Assembly (NCBI GenBank): GCA_951406725.2
Contig: OX597826.1
Location: 2,976,001-3,040,000 of the forward strand
Direction of reading: 5' to 3'
Source of the DNA: Octopus vulgaris
Lineage: Eukaryota
DNA: 64,000 nucleotides
A program made the translations under genes and the position numbers. Of the stretch, positions 1 to 12,828 are shown one piece after another; the stretch's first letter is position 1, and each line of letters begins with the position of its first letter. The notes beneath the pieces are model-generated. The model ran no database searches. It saw only the letters and a program-made list of their open reading frames with translations, and was not told the DNA's origin.

Positions 1-137
1 TTTTTTTCCTAAAACACAGATGGCTCTCACATATGTGGAGAGTCATATTTCAGCTGCAAATGAAATGAGACGGAATAGATTGGAAGTTTGAGGAGTACAT
101 ATTTGCATTGCAGCGCTTTACCATGTATATATGTATG

Positions 138-235
<98 letters not shown>

Positions 236-454
236 TTTGTGTGTGTGTACGCGAACGTATGTTTCTGCGTGGGTGTGATCCTGACTTATTTTTATTTCTT
301 CTGTGGATTGAGAAAACCTAAAAATAATACCGCCGTTACATAATGGCATATGCAGCCATGTTTTAAAATAATCAATTTTCCTGTTCATTGCATTATACTC
401 ATACTGGGTGTATGTTTGTACATATAAATATCATCATCCACCTTCATATTACTA

Positions 455-486
<32 letters not shown>

Positions 487-615
487 ATCTATAAAAGTAT
501 ATACATGTATAAATATATATAAATATATCTTACCGTTTTATCAATATATATATATATAACTATATATGTATACATATATATCTATAATATATATGTATAT
601 ATGTATATATATATG

Positions 616-653
<38 letters not shown>

Positions 654-1249
654 CATGTACATATACACACATACATATATATATATATCCTTTGTGTTCT
701 GTTTTTTATTTCATTTGATACATATATCCTCTCACCTCTGCTACTAGCTGGCATATACTGGTGCTTATACTTATCAAGCATTCACCCTGAATTATATACA
801 TATATATATATATATATTCGTGTGTGCAATTTACCTTTATATCAATCTCTCCAAAAATTATGTCAATTGCTTCGTCTTTTTTTCACATCATTAGTAGTTT
901 GATTCAAACCGTGTTAATCGTAAAACCTCTCTCTGTGTTATTTTGCGCGTGTTTTGTGTAAATGATGCCTGACCAAACAGGAGTTGCTCGTCATTGAATT
1001 TCGGATGTGCACTAACTAAATGAATCTGGGTCAGACATACAAAATATACTACCGTCGCCATGGAAGGCGTGGATGTATTTCTTATTCCAATCTATATTCC
1101 ATGTTTGAGTGTAAGTATATATTTATATGTATCTTACTTACTGTGTGTCTTTCTGAACCTCTTCCATTTTAACAATGACAAACTCTTCTACGAACGTACA
1201 CATACATACATTGAGGGATTGGGTAATTAGAGAATGATATATATATTTT

Positions 1250-1292
<43 letters not shown>

Positions 1293-1353
1293 ATACATGT
1301 ATACATATATATACACATATATATATACATACATACATATATATATATATGTG

Positions 1354-1396
<43 letters not shown>

Positions 1397-1695
1397 AAGT
1401 ATATATATATATATACATACATATATATCTATATATACATTATATATATAGGCATGTATCATATGTGTGCGTATATATATATATGTGTGTGTGTGTCTGT
1501 GTGCGTGCCTATGTCTGTCTATGTATCTGTGTGTCTGTGTGTCTGTGTGTATGTGTGCATATGCCCGTGTTTCTCTTTGTGTGCATTTAGTGCATTTAAC
1601 ATGTCTTTCTTCTTGTTGTTTTTAACTGTCTGAGAAAGATTAATCACGAAACGCAGTGCACTCCTTTTTTGACCGTATATAAGTTCCTGTGTGTG

Positions 1696-1728
<33 letters not shown>

Positions 1729-1783
1729 GCGAGTGTGTGAGAATGTGTTTGTGAGTGTTTGTTTATGTATGATATCTAATATA

Positions 1784-2002
1784 TAGTAATCCTTCCCCTA
1801 TCGCGGTTCACCTATCGCGGTTTGTTATTCAACCTTACGTCGATTCCTCTGTTGTGTTGTTTTGTATTTACACTAAAATAAATACATACAAATCATAAAT
1901 ATAATAAAAATAATTATTATACAATACTGTTTCTACTGCGCGTATTTTGACCTACCGCGTGTGTTTTGGAACGCAACACCCGCGATTGCCGAAGGATCAC
2001 TG
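1784..2002. mobile_element. MITE, Tc1/mariner or pogo(Tigger)-like non-autonomous element
   Basis: Imperfect terminal inverted repeats (tagtaatccttcccctatcgcgg ... ccgcgattgccgaaggatcactg), TA on both sides, ~220 bp, no ORF. Confidence 0.7.
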
Positions 2003-2430
2003 TATTTTAGAAGAAGGACAAAAGCACGCATTCTACACAATCGACATAATATATTTATTGAACTACAACATTGTCAACCTATCAGAAGTCTATGTTAGTT
2101 TATTATCATGCGGAGGAAAGACTTGAGTCTTTCATCACGTCGATGAGATGAATTGATTTGACGAAATATTGCTGAGAACTCAGTACCTTCTCGTTTATTT
2201 CTATTAGGCATAAAACAGGGAACATCTTTGGGAATATATTTTGTACAAAAGATATTTTGATTTTGATATTTTTAATAAAGAGGAGAAATTTCATTTAACT
2301 TTTTTATATTTATTTTACAATTCGGTTTTAGCTATACTTTATTGCTCTCTCACTCACACAGAACATACACACACACTCTCTCTCTCTCTATGTATATATA
2401 CACACACACATACACACACACACACGCACA

Positions 2431-2472
<42 letters not shown>

Positions 2473-2499
2473 CATACATACATACACACACAAATATAT

Positions 2500-2681
2500 A
2501 ATGAGAATTTACGAAAAAAACAGAAGACGAAGACGGGTATGTAAACAACAAACAGGTGTATTAGTTTAACGCACGGGAAGCAAGAAAGTCTTTTACGTTT
2601 CTAGCCTACGCTCTTCAACAGAAAGGGTCGCAGAAATAAACAGAGAGGTAATATCAAAAAAGGGTTACTGGCTAGCGATCT
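2500..2681 (-). mobile_element. Short (TA)n-embedded repeat (family H1) with a minimal hammerhead-like motif; probable Penelope-like pseudo-LTR derivative
   Basis: Reverse complement aligns by eye to 9750-9930 and 44372-44542; contains cttt-CTGTTGA-AGAGC-gtag-GCTA-GAAACGTA-aaag. Confidence 0.65.
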
Positions 2682-2829
2682 ATATATATACACACAGAAC
2701 CTTTTATAATATGGTATGTTGACTTCCACATCTGTTACATTGACATGTATTCCTGTTTATTCTATATTAGTCTATCCCCTCTGTGCGATAAAGTCTAGCG
2801 CAGCTTAAAATGTAACGCTATTAAAAGTA

Positions 2830-3150
2830 TTCTAGTTTTGGTGTTGTAGAAAGTATCTTTCTATTAATGAAAGGGCGAGGAAATCTACGACTACGTTTAT
2901 ACATTGGGACCTCCACATAATAGTGTGGGACTCTCCATGTATTATTGTTGTCGTGAATGACAACCTGGTTGGTGAGATGATGTTGTATGATAAATTCAGG
3001 TATACAAACAGATATATTCGTATACTCGTATGTAACAAGCTTGCGATATAAAACCTGAATATTATACGAAGATTCACGTGTCGTTTAGGAAAACTGCTAA
3101 TGGTTTTATACGTTCATCTAGAGGCAATCGGATATACACATCATATCTAC
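2830..3150 (-). pseudogene. Highly degenerate GIY-YIG endonuclease remnant of a Penelope-like retroelement
   Basis: Minus-strand fragments DCL(PLD)E, EYICL, GESHTIMWR and LSLIERYFL follow the order of the PLE endonuclease motifs CPL.G.C / YIG / I.W.I / LCL.EK..I; many frameshifts. Confidence 0.45.
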
Positions 3151-3627
3151 TCTTGGGGACTTTAATCGAGCAACATATCCAGGATGTGGCAGACGCTGGG
3201 TTAAAGAGCGGCACCGGTGCTGAAGAGACACGCATATTCTGTTGAATAAAACCGAGAAAATTGATATAAACTGCATTCACCATTGGCATATATCTCCATA
3301 CTGTCTCGGTAGGTATTGACTCCATGAAATAATAACTGTGAACCTGAAACTTACACACCTACACACACGCAAACATATATATATATATACATATATAGAT
3401 ATATACATATATATATATATACATATATATATGCATATGGGGGCGTGCCAGGGGATGTGTGTACGTACGCATGTATGTGTTTCTATGCAAAATCTGTGAA
3501 GTTTTAATTCAAGAAGAACCATAAATGTTTACATTTAGAGAAATATTAAAAAAAAAGAAATTAAGTGAATCGTTCTATGGAAAATGTTGCAATAATTATT
3601 AGTTATTAAATATGAAAAATAGCAAAC

Positions 3628-3858
<231 letters not shown>

Positions 3859-4303
3859 AACATATTTCTTTTTTATCGCTATTGTATTTTAGTTGTTGGT
3901 AAAGTTAAAGCTATCTCCAGCATCAATATTATTTTTATTAACGATTATCTGCACACTTATTATCATTATCGACAGCGCTATTCTCTCGACAATTAAGAAT
4001 ACTAATAAAAGATAAAACAATGATTTTAGAGTGAATAATAATAATAAGATATAGAGAGTAAAACAAGCAGTTAAGGAACTTAAATTTGATGCAGGAAAAC
4101 ATAAAAACAAAGATGAGAGTTAACTGGAAATTAATAGTTCAATGCAAGAGTAAAAGTTAAATATCAGATGAAAACGTCACACAAAAAATAAATGTATGGC
4201 GGCTGTTTATATATAATGTGCAGCCTATGTAGGTATATATAGAGACAAATCTATTCGTGCAAGCATATACACGGGCGAACGTAGAAGCGTGTGTAATTAA
4301 GTA

Positions 4304-4358
<55 letters not shown>

Positions 4359-4479
4359 CTGTGATTGTGCGTGATTGTGTCTGTGTTTGCGTATATAAAT
4401 GCATGTATTTATGTATGAATACACCAACGCACATATAATGTATATGCAGACATTTAAATATATATTTTAGATACATACA

Positions 4480-4692
<213 letters not shown>

Positions 4693-5543
4693 TCACTTTA
4701 TCACTCTTTCTATACATATATATATATGTTTGTGTGTGTGTTTATATATCAGTATATGTTTATATATATATATATATATTCAATTCGGGAAGAGAAATAT
4801 ACACATGCACAGGCATATGCGTAATCTTTTGGCTGTTTCGTATCCTACATGAGTATGTATCTTTTGACAGCAACTTTGTGATTCGAAAAAAAAGGTAAGT
4901 TTAGAGTAACGAATCGAAACAGAGAGCATACACCCATATCAACCGTAACAGAAATGGCAACAACATATCTCAAAATACACAACAACAACAACGACAACAA
5001 AAACAACAATAATATCTGTAGAGCTAGATGCAACAATAAGGAAAATTCTAATACATTCTAATACAACTGTATCGCATTCAATCATAGAAAAAATTGCAAC
5101 AAAAACAATAGAATCTATTGCAGGAACAACAACAACAACAATAACAACAACAACAGAAACAACAGCACCAAAAACTTACAATGACAACGCCACCAACACC
5201 ACCACCGTTCTTATCATCATTATTATCGTCGACATCATTCAGAGCATCATAATCTTCATGATCGTCATCATCACCCTCGCCGCTGACACTATCATCATCA
5301 TCATCATCATCATCGTCGTCATCATCGCTAACAACAATACGAATGCGTGTGACAATGAACGGGCTGTTATTAGAATGTCCAAGTGTACTCCTGCAATATG
5401 AGAACGTAACAGCTGCGCTTCTGGTAGCAATTATATATTATTTATTTCTCTTTTATCGTTCCCCAATTTATTTTCAGCTCAAATTAAACTTTTAGAAAAT
5501 TCTTAAGAAGCATAAGTAAAATTGTAACAAATAATAATAATGG

Positions 5544-5758
<215 letters not shown>

Positions 5759-6050
5759 TTGATAGGTGTGTCAACATCTTACGCATAGAAACACGTTCAA
5801 AGATATGTATACACGAGTATATAAACTGTTTCTGTGTGATTGTGTGTGGGTGAGATTGTGTATGTCCTTATGCCTATATGTGTTTCTATATTACTATGTG
5901 GGAACGAAAGTGTGGAGTTAGAGGAATAATAAATGATGCATTAGAGAAATGTACGTCTGGAGCAACATATATACGTGAGCGAATGTGTTGGTGAGTGCGT
6001 ATACACACACACACACACATATATATATACATATATTTATATATATATAG

Positions 6051-6127
<77 letters not shown>

Positions 6128-6539
6128 AAGACAATGGAGTAAATAAACAAATAAAACTGCTTTGGTTAGATTATGCAGCCTTTACATATATTTATATATA
6201 TATAAATTGAGGGAAAGCAAAGATTGAAAACATTCAGTCGATGAGTATTCATGTATAAATACGTAGATATTTATATATTAACACAGCAAAATTACAGAAC
6301 GTTAAAATACGCAGCAAATTAAAGGGAGGTAAGTATCAGAGGTCCGACAGCCGTTTCTAGGGCTTGGAATTACTTCGTAATATCGACAGATGTAGTTTAC
6401 ACAAATATGGAACCAGGAGTGGAAGCATTAGGTATATTAGGCATTAGGTATATATGGAAGCATTTAGGCATTAGGTATATCCGGCCTCTTTCTTCAGGGT
6501 GGATATATATATGTATATACAACCAAGTCTGGTGATATC

Positions 6540-6930
6540 GAGCAAGAGCAAGAGATCGTGTATACTTTCTAGTGAAGATTAGGGCTTTCTTTAACATGAA
6601 AGTTTATATGGTAGCATAGTCATTAGAAATATGAAGCTGGAGGAAATGGATGCGTGGTTTATAAGAAAGAGAGCGGAACCAGGTGACGATATCACCTGTA
6701 CAATTCCAAAGTGAATGCTTTACGTTATGCCAAAATTGAGGTAGGTTTGCTCGATTATGTCTTTGTTAATTCGACCAATGTGTGATTTTGAGGGTCAGAT
6801 TAATCTAATAGGTTTGGTGGAGAAATTTGATTCACGATCCTTCAGGATGAAATGGCTAGTTTGGTGTGCATGGTTCACTTCTATTTAGTAGTTCGAAGTC
6901 TGAGATGCTTACAATGAAGGTTGTTAATGT
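6540..6930 (-). pseudogene. Penelope-like element reverse transcriptase fragment
   Basis: Minus strand reads HFILKDRESNFSTKPIRLI*PSKSHIGRINKDII, then LWNCTGDIVTWFRSLSYKPRIHFLQLHISNDYATI, then LKKALIFTRKY. This matches the PLE RT pattern LKDHK.NF...RLINP.KS.IG.ISK / W..T..V..WF / F.QFDI..FYPSI. Confidence 0.8.
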
Positions 6931-7120
6931 TAGATATTGAAATCTCCATCCTGAAGAAGAACGGATCTACATAATGTTTACATTAATTTGCATATTTTGG
7001 GGAACTAAAACTGCAAATATTATGAGACCCCCGAACCTGTAACACTACGCCTACTCCCCTTAATGTACCGACTCCATTTATTTTGTGTAAATTTGCTAGG
7101 TTGATATTAATATCTTTATA

Positions 7121-7236
7121 AGGCGGCGAGCTGGCAGAAACGTTAGCATGCCGGGCGAAATGCTTAGCGCTATTTCGTCTGCCGTTACGTTCTGAGTTCA
7201 AATTCCGCCGAGGTCGACTTCGCCTTTCATCCTTTC
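7121..7236 (+). mobile_element. SINE family A, 3'-truncated copy
   Basis: ggcggcgagctggcagaaacgttagc head, gagttcaaattcc B-box-like motif, gcctttcatcctttc central motif; shared with many copies in the window. Confidence 0.85.
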
Positions 7237-7274
7237 AAATCATTTAAGCGCCAAATTGTGATTTCTATATTGAA

Positions 7275-7358
<84 letters not shown>

Positions 7359-7538
7359 TATGTATAACGAGACAAATAGGTTAGTGTAGAACTCATTATA
7401 CTGATGGTCCAAGCACAATGTTATATGAGTGTAGAGTCGTAACAGAAAAAGAAATAAGAAATAAGAGCGGAAAAACAAATGTTATGTAATGAATTTCCCT
7501 ACTCTACAACTGTTTCTGCCATAGGGTTTAGTAGTACC

Positions 7539-7596
<58 letters not shown>

Positions 7597-8279
7597 TGCA
7601 GGTCTTATTTAACGAAATAAAGGACCATGCGATGAATTTGTTATAAGTTTGACTACATATATTTTTCTCCTGATATTTACGTATAGTATGCAAAGCGATA
7701 CAATCAGACTATCTAGCATGTCATCCTATTTCTGCTCGCACCGATTCCTATTTCCTCTTCCTTTAATCCTTGTACTCTTTCTTGCGTCTTACGTCTCTGC
7801 CTCTCCTACGTTTCATTGCATGCACACGCATATATATATACAAGTATACACACATACAGAGAGTTGAGTGTACCTATCTCTTATATATTTATACTGAAAT
7901 GCATACATTACTAGTGTGAGCAATACCACGGATGTTTTATTGCAGATACCCTTTGTTGTTATTACGCGTGATTTAAGAAATCTAGATCTGACCGATCTAA
8001 GCACGGGTCTTACAAGTACTAGGGAGAAACTATTTCTTTGAGAAAGTGAGACAGACTGTAAGAAAGAAGTGACAGAAAGAGGATATTCCACTTCAGTTCA
8101 GAGCTTTTTTTTATCTACTGTTCTCGAAAGTATATAAATGTGACATTGACTAAATGTCATTTCCGATCGCATGCCTGCAAATCGACCGATAAACTCTAAC
8201 CATTTTATCTAATGCAGTAATACCTTACCCAAACATTCCGTACAGTATATCGTAATTTATAATACCCGTATCATAATTC

Positions 8280-9064
8280 GGAGAGCTGACAGAATCAAAA
8301 TGCTTCGAGTTATTCTGAGTTCAAATTCCGTTGAGCTCAATTTCACCTTTGATCCCTTCGGAGTCAACAAAATTGATAACAATGAAACGCTGGAGTCGAT
8401 GTAAATCAGTATAATATATTTGTAAGACGGCGAGCTGGCAGATTCGTTAGCACGCCGAGCGAAATGCTTAGAGGTATTTCGTCTGCCGTTACGTTCTGAG
8501 TTCAAATTCCGCCGAGGTCGACTTTGCCTTTCATCCTTTCGGGCTCGATAAATTAAGTACCAGTTACGCACTAGGATCGATGTAATCGACTTAATCCGTT
8601 TATCTGTCCTTGTTTGTCTCCTCTATGTTTAGCCCCTTGTGGGTAGTAAAGAAATAGGTATTTCATCTGCTGTTACGTTCTGAGTTCAAATTCTGCCGAG
8701 GTCGACTTTGCCTTTCATCCTTTCGGGGTCGATAAATTAAGTAGCACCTGCGTACTGGGGTCGATCTAATAGACTGGCTCCCTCCTCCAAAATTTCGGGC
8801 CGTCTGTCTAGAGTAGAAAAGAATATAATATATTCGTATTAAGGTGGCGAGCTGGCAGTGTCGTTAGCACACCGGACAAAATGCTTAGAGACATTTTTTT
8901 CCTTCTTCATGTTCTGAGTTCAAATTCCACCCATGTTGATTTTGCATTTCATTCTCTTGGGGGGGGGGCAATAAAATGAGTACTAGTTGAGCACTGGAAG
9001 TCAATGTAATCGACATACCCCTTTCCTCGATATTGCTGGCCATGCGCCAACATGTGAAACCAAT
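8280..9064 (+). mobile_element. Cluster of SINE family A: old copy (8280-8408), dimeric copy (8426-8825), monomer (8843-9064)
   Basis: Repeated head/central motifs; the dimer is flanked by a probable TSD tataatatatt(t/c)gta. Confidence 0.85.
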
Positions 9065-9686
9065 TTATACTACACATGGATATTGAAATTACGATCAACA
9101 CCAGCGTAAATATTTACTTCCTCCGTACGTTTCACTGTTGAAATAATTTTCAGTTGGTTTGCAGTTACCTGCGTCCAAATTAGCATTTGACTACATCACA
9201 CATACAAAAACTTACAAGCAGAAAGTTGTCTGTTGAGACAAATCGCATTAGAAACGGATATTTTTTTCTAGAGCTTTTATTAACAAGTAACTAAACATTT
9301 TCATGTTTGGTTCGGATTTTCTTCTTCAATTTACAATTATTTTAACGATAAACTATTAAATTTTCTTTTTATTTAATTGAAACTGGTCTACCACATATCT
9401 GAAATTTCGCAAAAACAGATTACTTAGCAGACTTTCAATTAATTTTAATGAAATAGACTATAAAATGAAGAAAGATAGAAAGGATTACAGTGAAGTGCCA
9501 GTGACCAGGTGTTGGTTTGTTAAAGTTGAATCTAACAAATTAAGATTCTGACTGAAATAACATTATCAATTTCAAAATAACAGAATTGAATCCTGTATAA
9601 AGTAATGTGTGCAAACTTTTTAACAGTGAAGAACCAAAACATTCGGTGACTTGGTATGTGTACCACTAAATAGAAATGAAAGACAA

Positions 9687-9742
<56 letters not shown>

Positions 9743-9749
9743 TCGAAAT

Positions 9750-9930
9750 GATAGATCGCTAGCCACTACACATTCTTTATTTTCTCTCCTTGTTTCTTTC
9801 TGTGTTCCTTTTCTGTGGAAGAGCTTAGGCTCGAAACGTTAAAGACTTTTTCACATCCCGAACGTTATACTAATACATCTGTTTGTTGTCTACACCACCT
9901 GTCTTCGTCTTTTTGTTTTGTAAACGTCCC

Positions 9931-9931
<1 letters not shown>
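9750..9931 (+). mobile_element. Family H1 repeat with minimal hammerhead-like motif
   Basis: Between (TA)n tracts; tttt-CTGTGGA-AGAGC-ttag-GCTC-GAAACGTT-aaag at ~9809-9844. Confidence 0.7.
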
Positions 9932-9974
<43 letters not shown>

Positions 9975-10021
9975 GCATATATACACATATACGCATATCT
10001 ATATACATGCACGCACATATA

Positions 10022-12706
10022 TGTAGATTTGTGCAGTGTCAGAGTATTGCCAGGTTCTGATTGTGATACTGACCAAAATATTCTTGGGGCCAAATTCAAG
10101 TTCAAGATCCACAAGAAATTTCGTAGTGCAGGCGGACGAGTACCAAAGAAAATTTATGTAGATCAGCTAAAACATCCACGAGTTTTGCAGTTATTTCGGA
10201 AGAGATGCAGCAATGTTCATTTTCAAGGTTCATAGCAATCTTTCCGTGATGGAATATATAAAATGAGATCAGAGTTGTTAGGTTTTAAGAGGAGACAATA
10301 CCGAGACTGGTTTGATTCTAATGATACACTGATAAATGAGATTTTAGCAACAAAGTGGTCCACTCATGAAAAGACTCTTGACCCAAACGTTAAGAACAAA
10401 ATGCAACTAGAGAAGTTTTAAAAGTCTCAGAAAGCAGACATGCATAAGACTCAGGTGGCTTAAAAACACTTGGTGGAGACATTTGTCTGAGGAAGTACAG
10501 GCAGCCTATGACAGGAAAGGCATTACTTTTTTCTATAGTTTATTGCGGCATACTTTTGGACCGAAATCTTCATCATATGTTCCCTTGAAGTCGAAAGAGA
10601 GCACTTTGCATATCTTTTCCGCGATCCGTCTGTAGTGAACATGGATATCATAAACAATATTTCGCATAGATAGTGCAACACATGAATGATACACCTTGCA
10701 TTGCAGAAGTGAATCCGGCATTATGTAAACTGAGATCAGGTAAAGCTCCTGGATTGGATGGTATTCCATTTGAAATGTGAAAGCAGGTGGGGATCATATT
10801 TCATCTGAAATTCATAACCTTATATCTCGAGTTTAGAATGGATAAATGGTATCCTAATATTTGTATACAAGGGTAAGAGCCTGAAAGCAGTATGTAGTAA
10901 TACTAGGGGGCCAACTCGTCTGGCGCATACGGGGAGGATACTTTCAAAGACCATGGTAGATCGTCTTGTTGAGAATGTCTGTCCACATGTGTTTCTTGAA
11001 ATACAGTGTGGTCTCAGAACTGAGCGAGGAACAATGGACATTATATTTTCTGTGAGGCATGTTCGAGAGAAATTCTTAGAGGGACAAATGCCACTATACC
11101 AGGTCTTCATAGATTTAACTAAGACGTTTGACACGGTACACAGGGAGGCACTGTGGAGTGTTTTGTCTAAACTTGTCTGTACAACACATTTTGTGACCAT
11201 TTTTTAGGAACTACACAGAAACATGAAAACTCAGGTAGTCTTTAACTGTGCGCTGCCTCATGAATTTTCGGTCTACAACGGTGTCAAACAGGGAGATATT
11301 CCTTCCTCTAAACTTTTCTCTATTTATTTTGCTGCATTAATTTGGTATGCTTTCAAAGATTGCAACGGGGGAATCGGAATCAGATTTCGGACAGATAGTC
11401 GTAATCTTAATTTGACCTGGTATAACTACAAAGGAAAGGCTTTCAAAACACATGTTAGAGAATTACTTTATGCTGACGATGCAGGTGTGTTGGCGCACTC
11501 AGAGGGGGATATGCAACTTTTAATGGACAGATTGTCCACTGCATGTGTACATTTTGGACTCAGAATTAATCTGGGGAAGACGAAAGTAATGTTTACTCCC
11601 GCGCCAGGACAAACATATTCTGAGCCAAACATTTTTACCTATGGAAGAAGTTTAGCTAGGAAGCCTACTGTCAAGAGATGGTAGTATTGATGCAGTGGTG
11701 TACTATCGAATAAAAAAGCGAAGTGTTGCATTTGGAAAGCTCGAAAAGCGAGTGTGGGCGGATATAGGTTTTTCCCTGAAGTCAAAAATCAGTGTCTATA
11801 AAGCGTGTGTATTGTCTGCACTTTTGTATTCAAGTGAGACATGGACGACTTACAAGCGTCATATAAAAATGCTGGAGAGATTTCATCAAAAGTCCCTGAG
11901 ACGTGTGATAGGAGTCAAGTGGGAATGTTTCATTCCAGATACAGAGGTTTTGTGCATGGGATGTTGCATCTCAGTTGAACAACATGGTATATTGGCTAAA
12001 ATAAGATGGATTGGCCATGTTATGAGAATGAAAGACAAGCATTTGCTAAAGCGTCTTTTTTATGATGAGCTCAACTCTGGTAAGCGATCACAACATAAGC
12101 CGAGGATGAGGTATAATGACTGTGTGAAAGATAACCTGAAGAAACTAGGTATGAACATAGGTGACTGGGAAAATGATGCTCTAGCTCGGAACAGGTGAAG
12201 TGCCGTTAGGACAGATTGCAGTGTCTGGGAGGAAAAGATAATTGAGCACTCTGAATTTAAAAGGGCTTGTCGCAAAGGAACAGTTGGAACTGTAATCAAC
12301 AGGGAACATTGGATATGTATTATACATCGCCGTGTTCTATTGTCAAATGCAGGACACGAGGAATCATATCAAGTCACATGAAAATCATAATGCTCAGAGA
12401 GGTAATGATCGTGGGAACCAACCATATATTATGACTGGTATCGTGTCAAAAAACTAGTAAGACAATATCTGGACTTAAAAGACGTACACTAGTTCACAAT
12501 GATAGTCCTTCAGAATAACATTCCAAAGGGCAAATTTATAGAAGATTCTTGAATAATATGTCACTTGGGTTTTAAACACCGTAAATCAGCAGCTGGTTTT
12601 AAAAGCCATCTAAAGGCTCATCAACAGAGTGACTGGACTGTGTGATGGTGTATGGTATGTGTGTTGATGGGATGGCTATCATCTCTCAAGATGAAGCAAT
12701 CATCAT
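10022..12706 (+). mobile_element. Degenerate 5'-truncated non-LTR retrotransposon (LINE), RTE clade
   Basis: End of APE endonuclease (RVLPGSDCDTDQ), then RT motifs QCGLR..RGTMD, FIDLTKTFDTV, GVKQGD, ELLYADD, GLRINLGKTKVM, then LLYSSETWT and RWIGHVMRM; stops and frameshifts; ends in atcatcat before a microsatellite. Confidence 0.93.
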
Positions 12707-12828
12707 ATGTATATGTATATACATAATGTATACATATATATATATATATATATATATATGATAAATATAATAAAGAATAAAAGAATATAATATATATATA
12801 GGTAATATATATGTATATATATCATATC

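Noticed and set aside
1133-1200. Minus-strand ATG...CA|GTAAGT (MEEVQKDT) possible first exon; a similar lone donor lies at ~34975
   Set aside because: Lone splice-like signals are expected by chance in 64 kb, with no recognisable protein
50-1633. Many ORFs rich in YI/HT/CV/LSIY, here and throughout the window
   Set aside because: They are stop-free translations of (TA)n, (CA)n, (TG)n and (TCTA)n microsatellites, not genes
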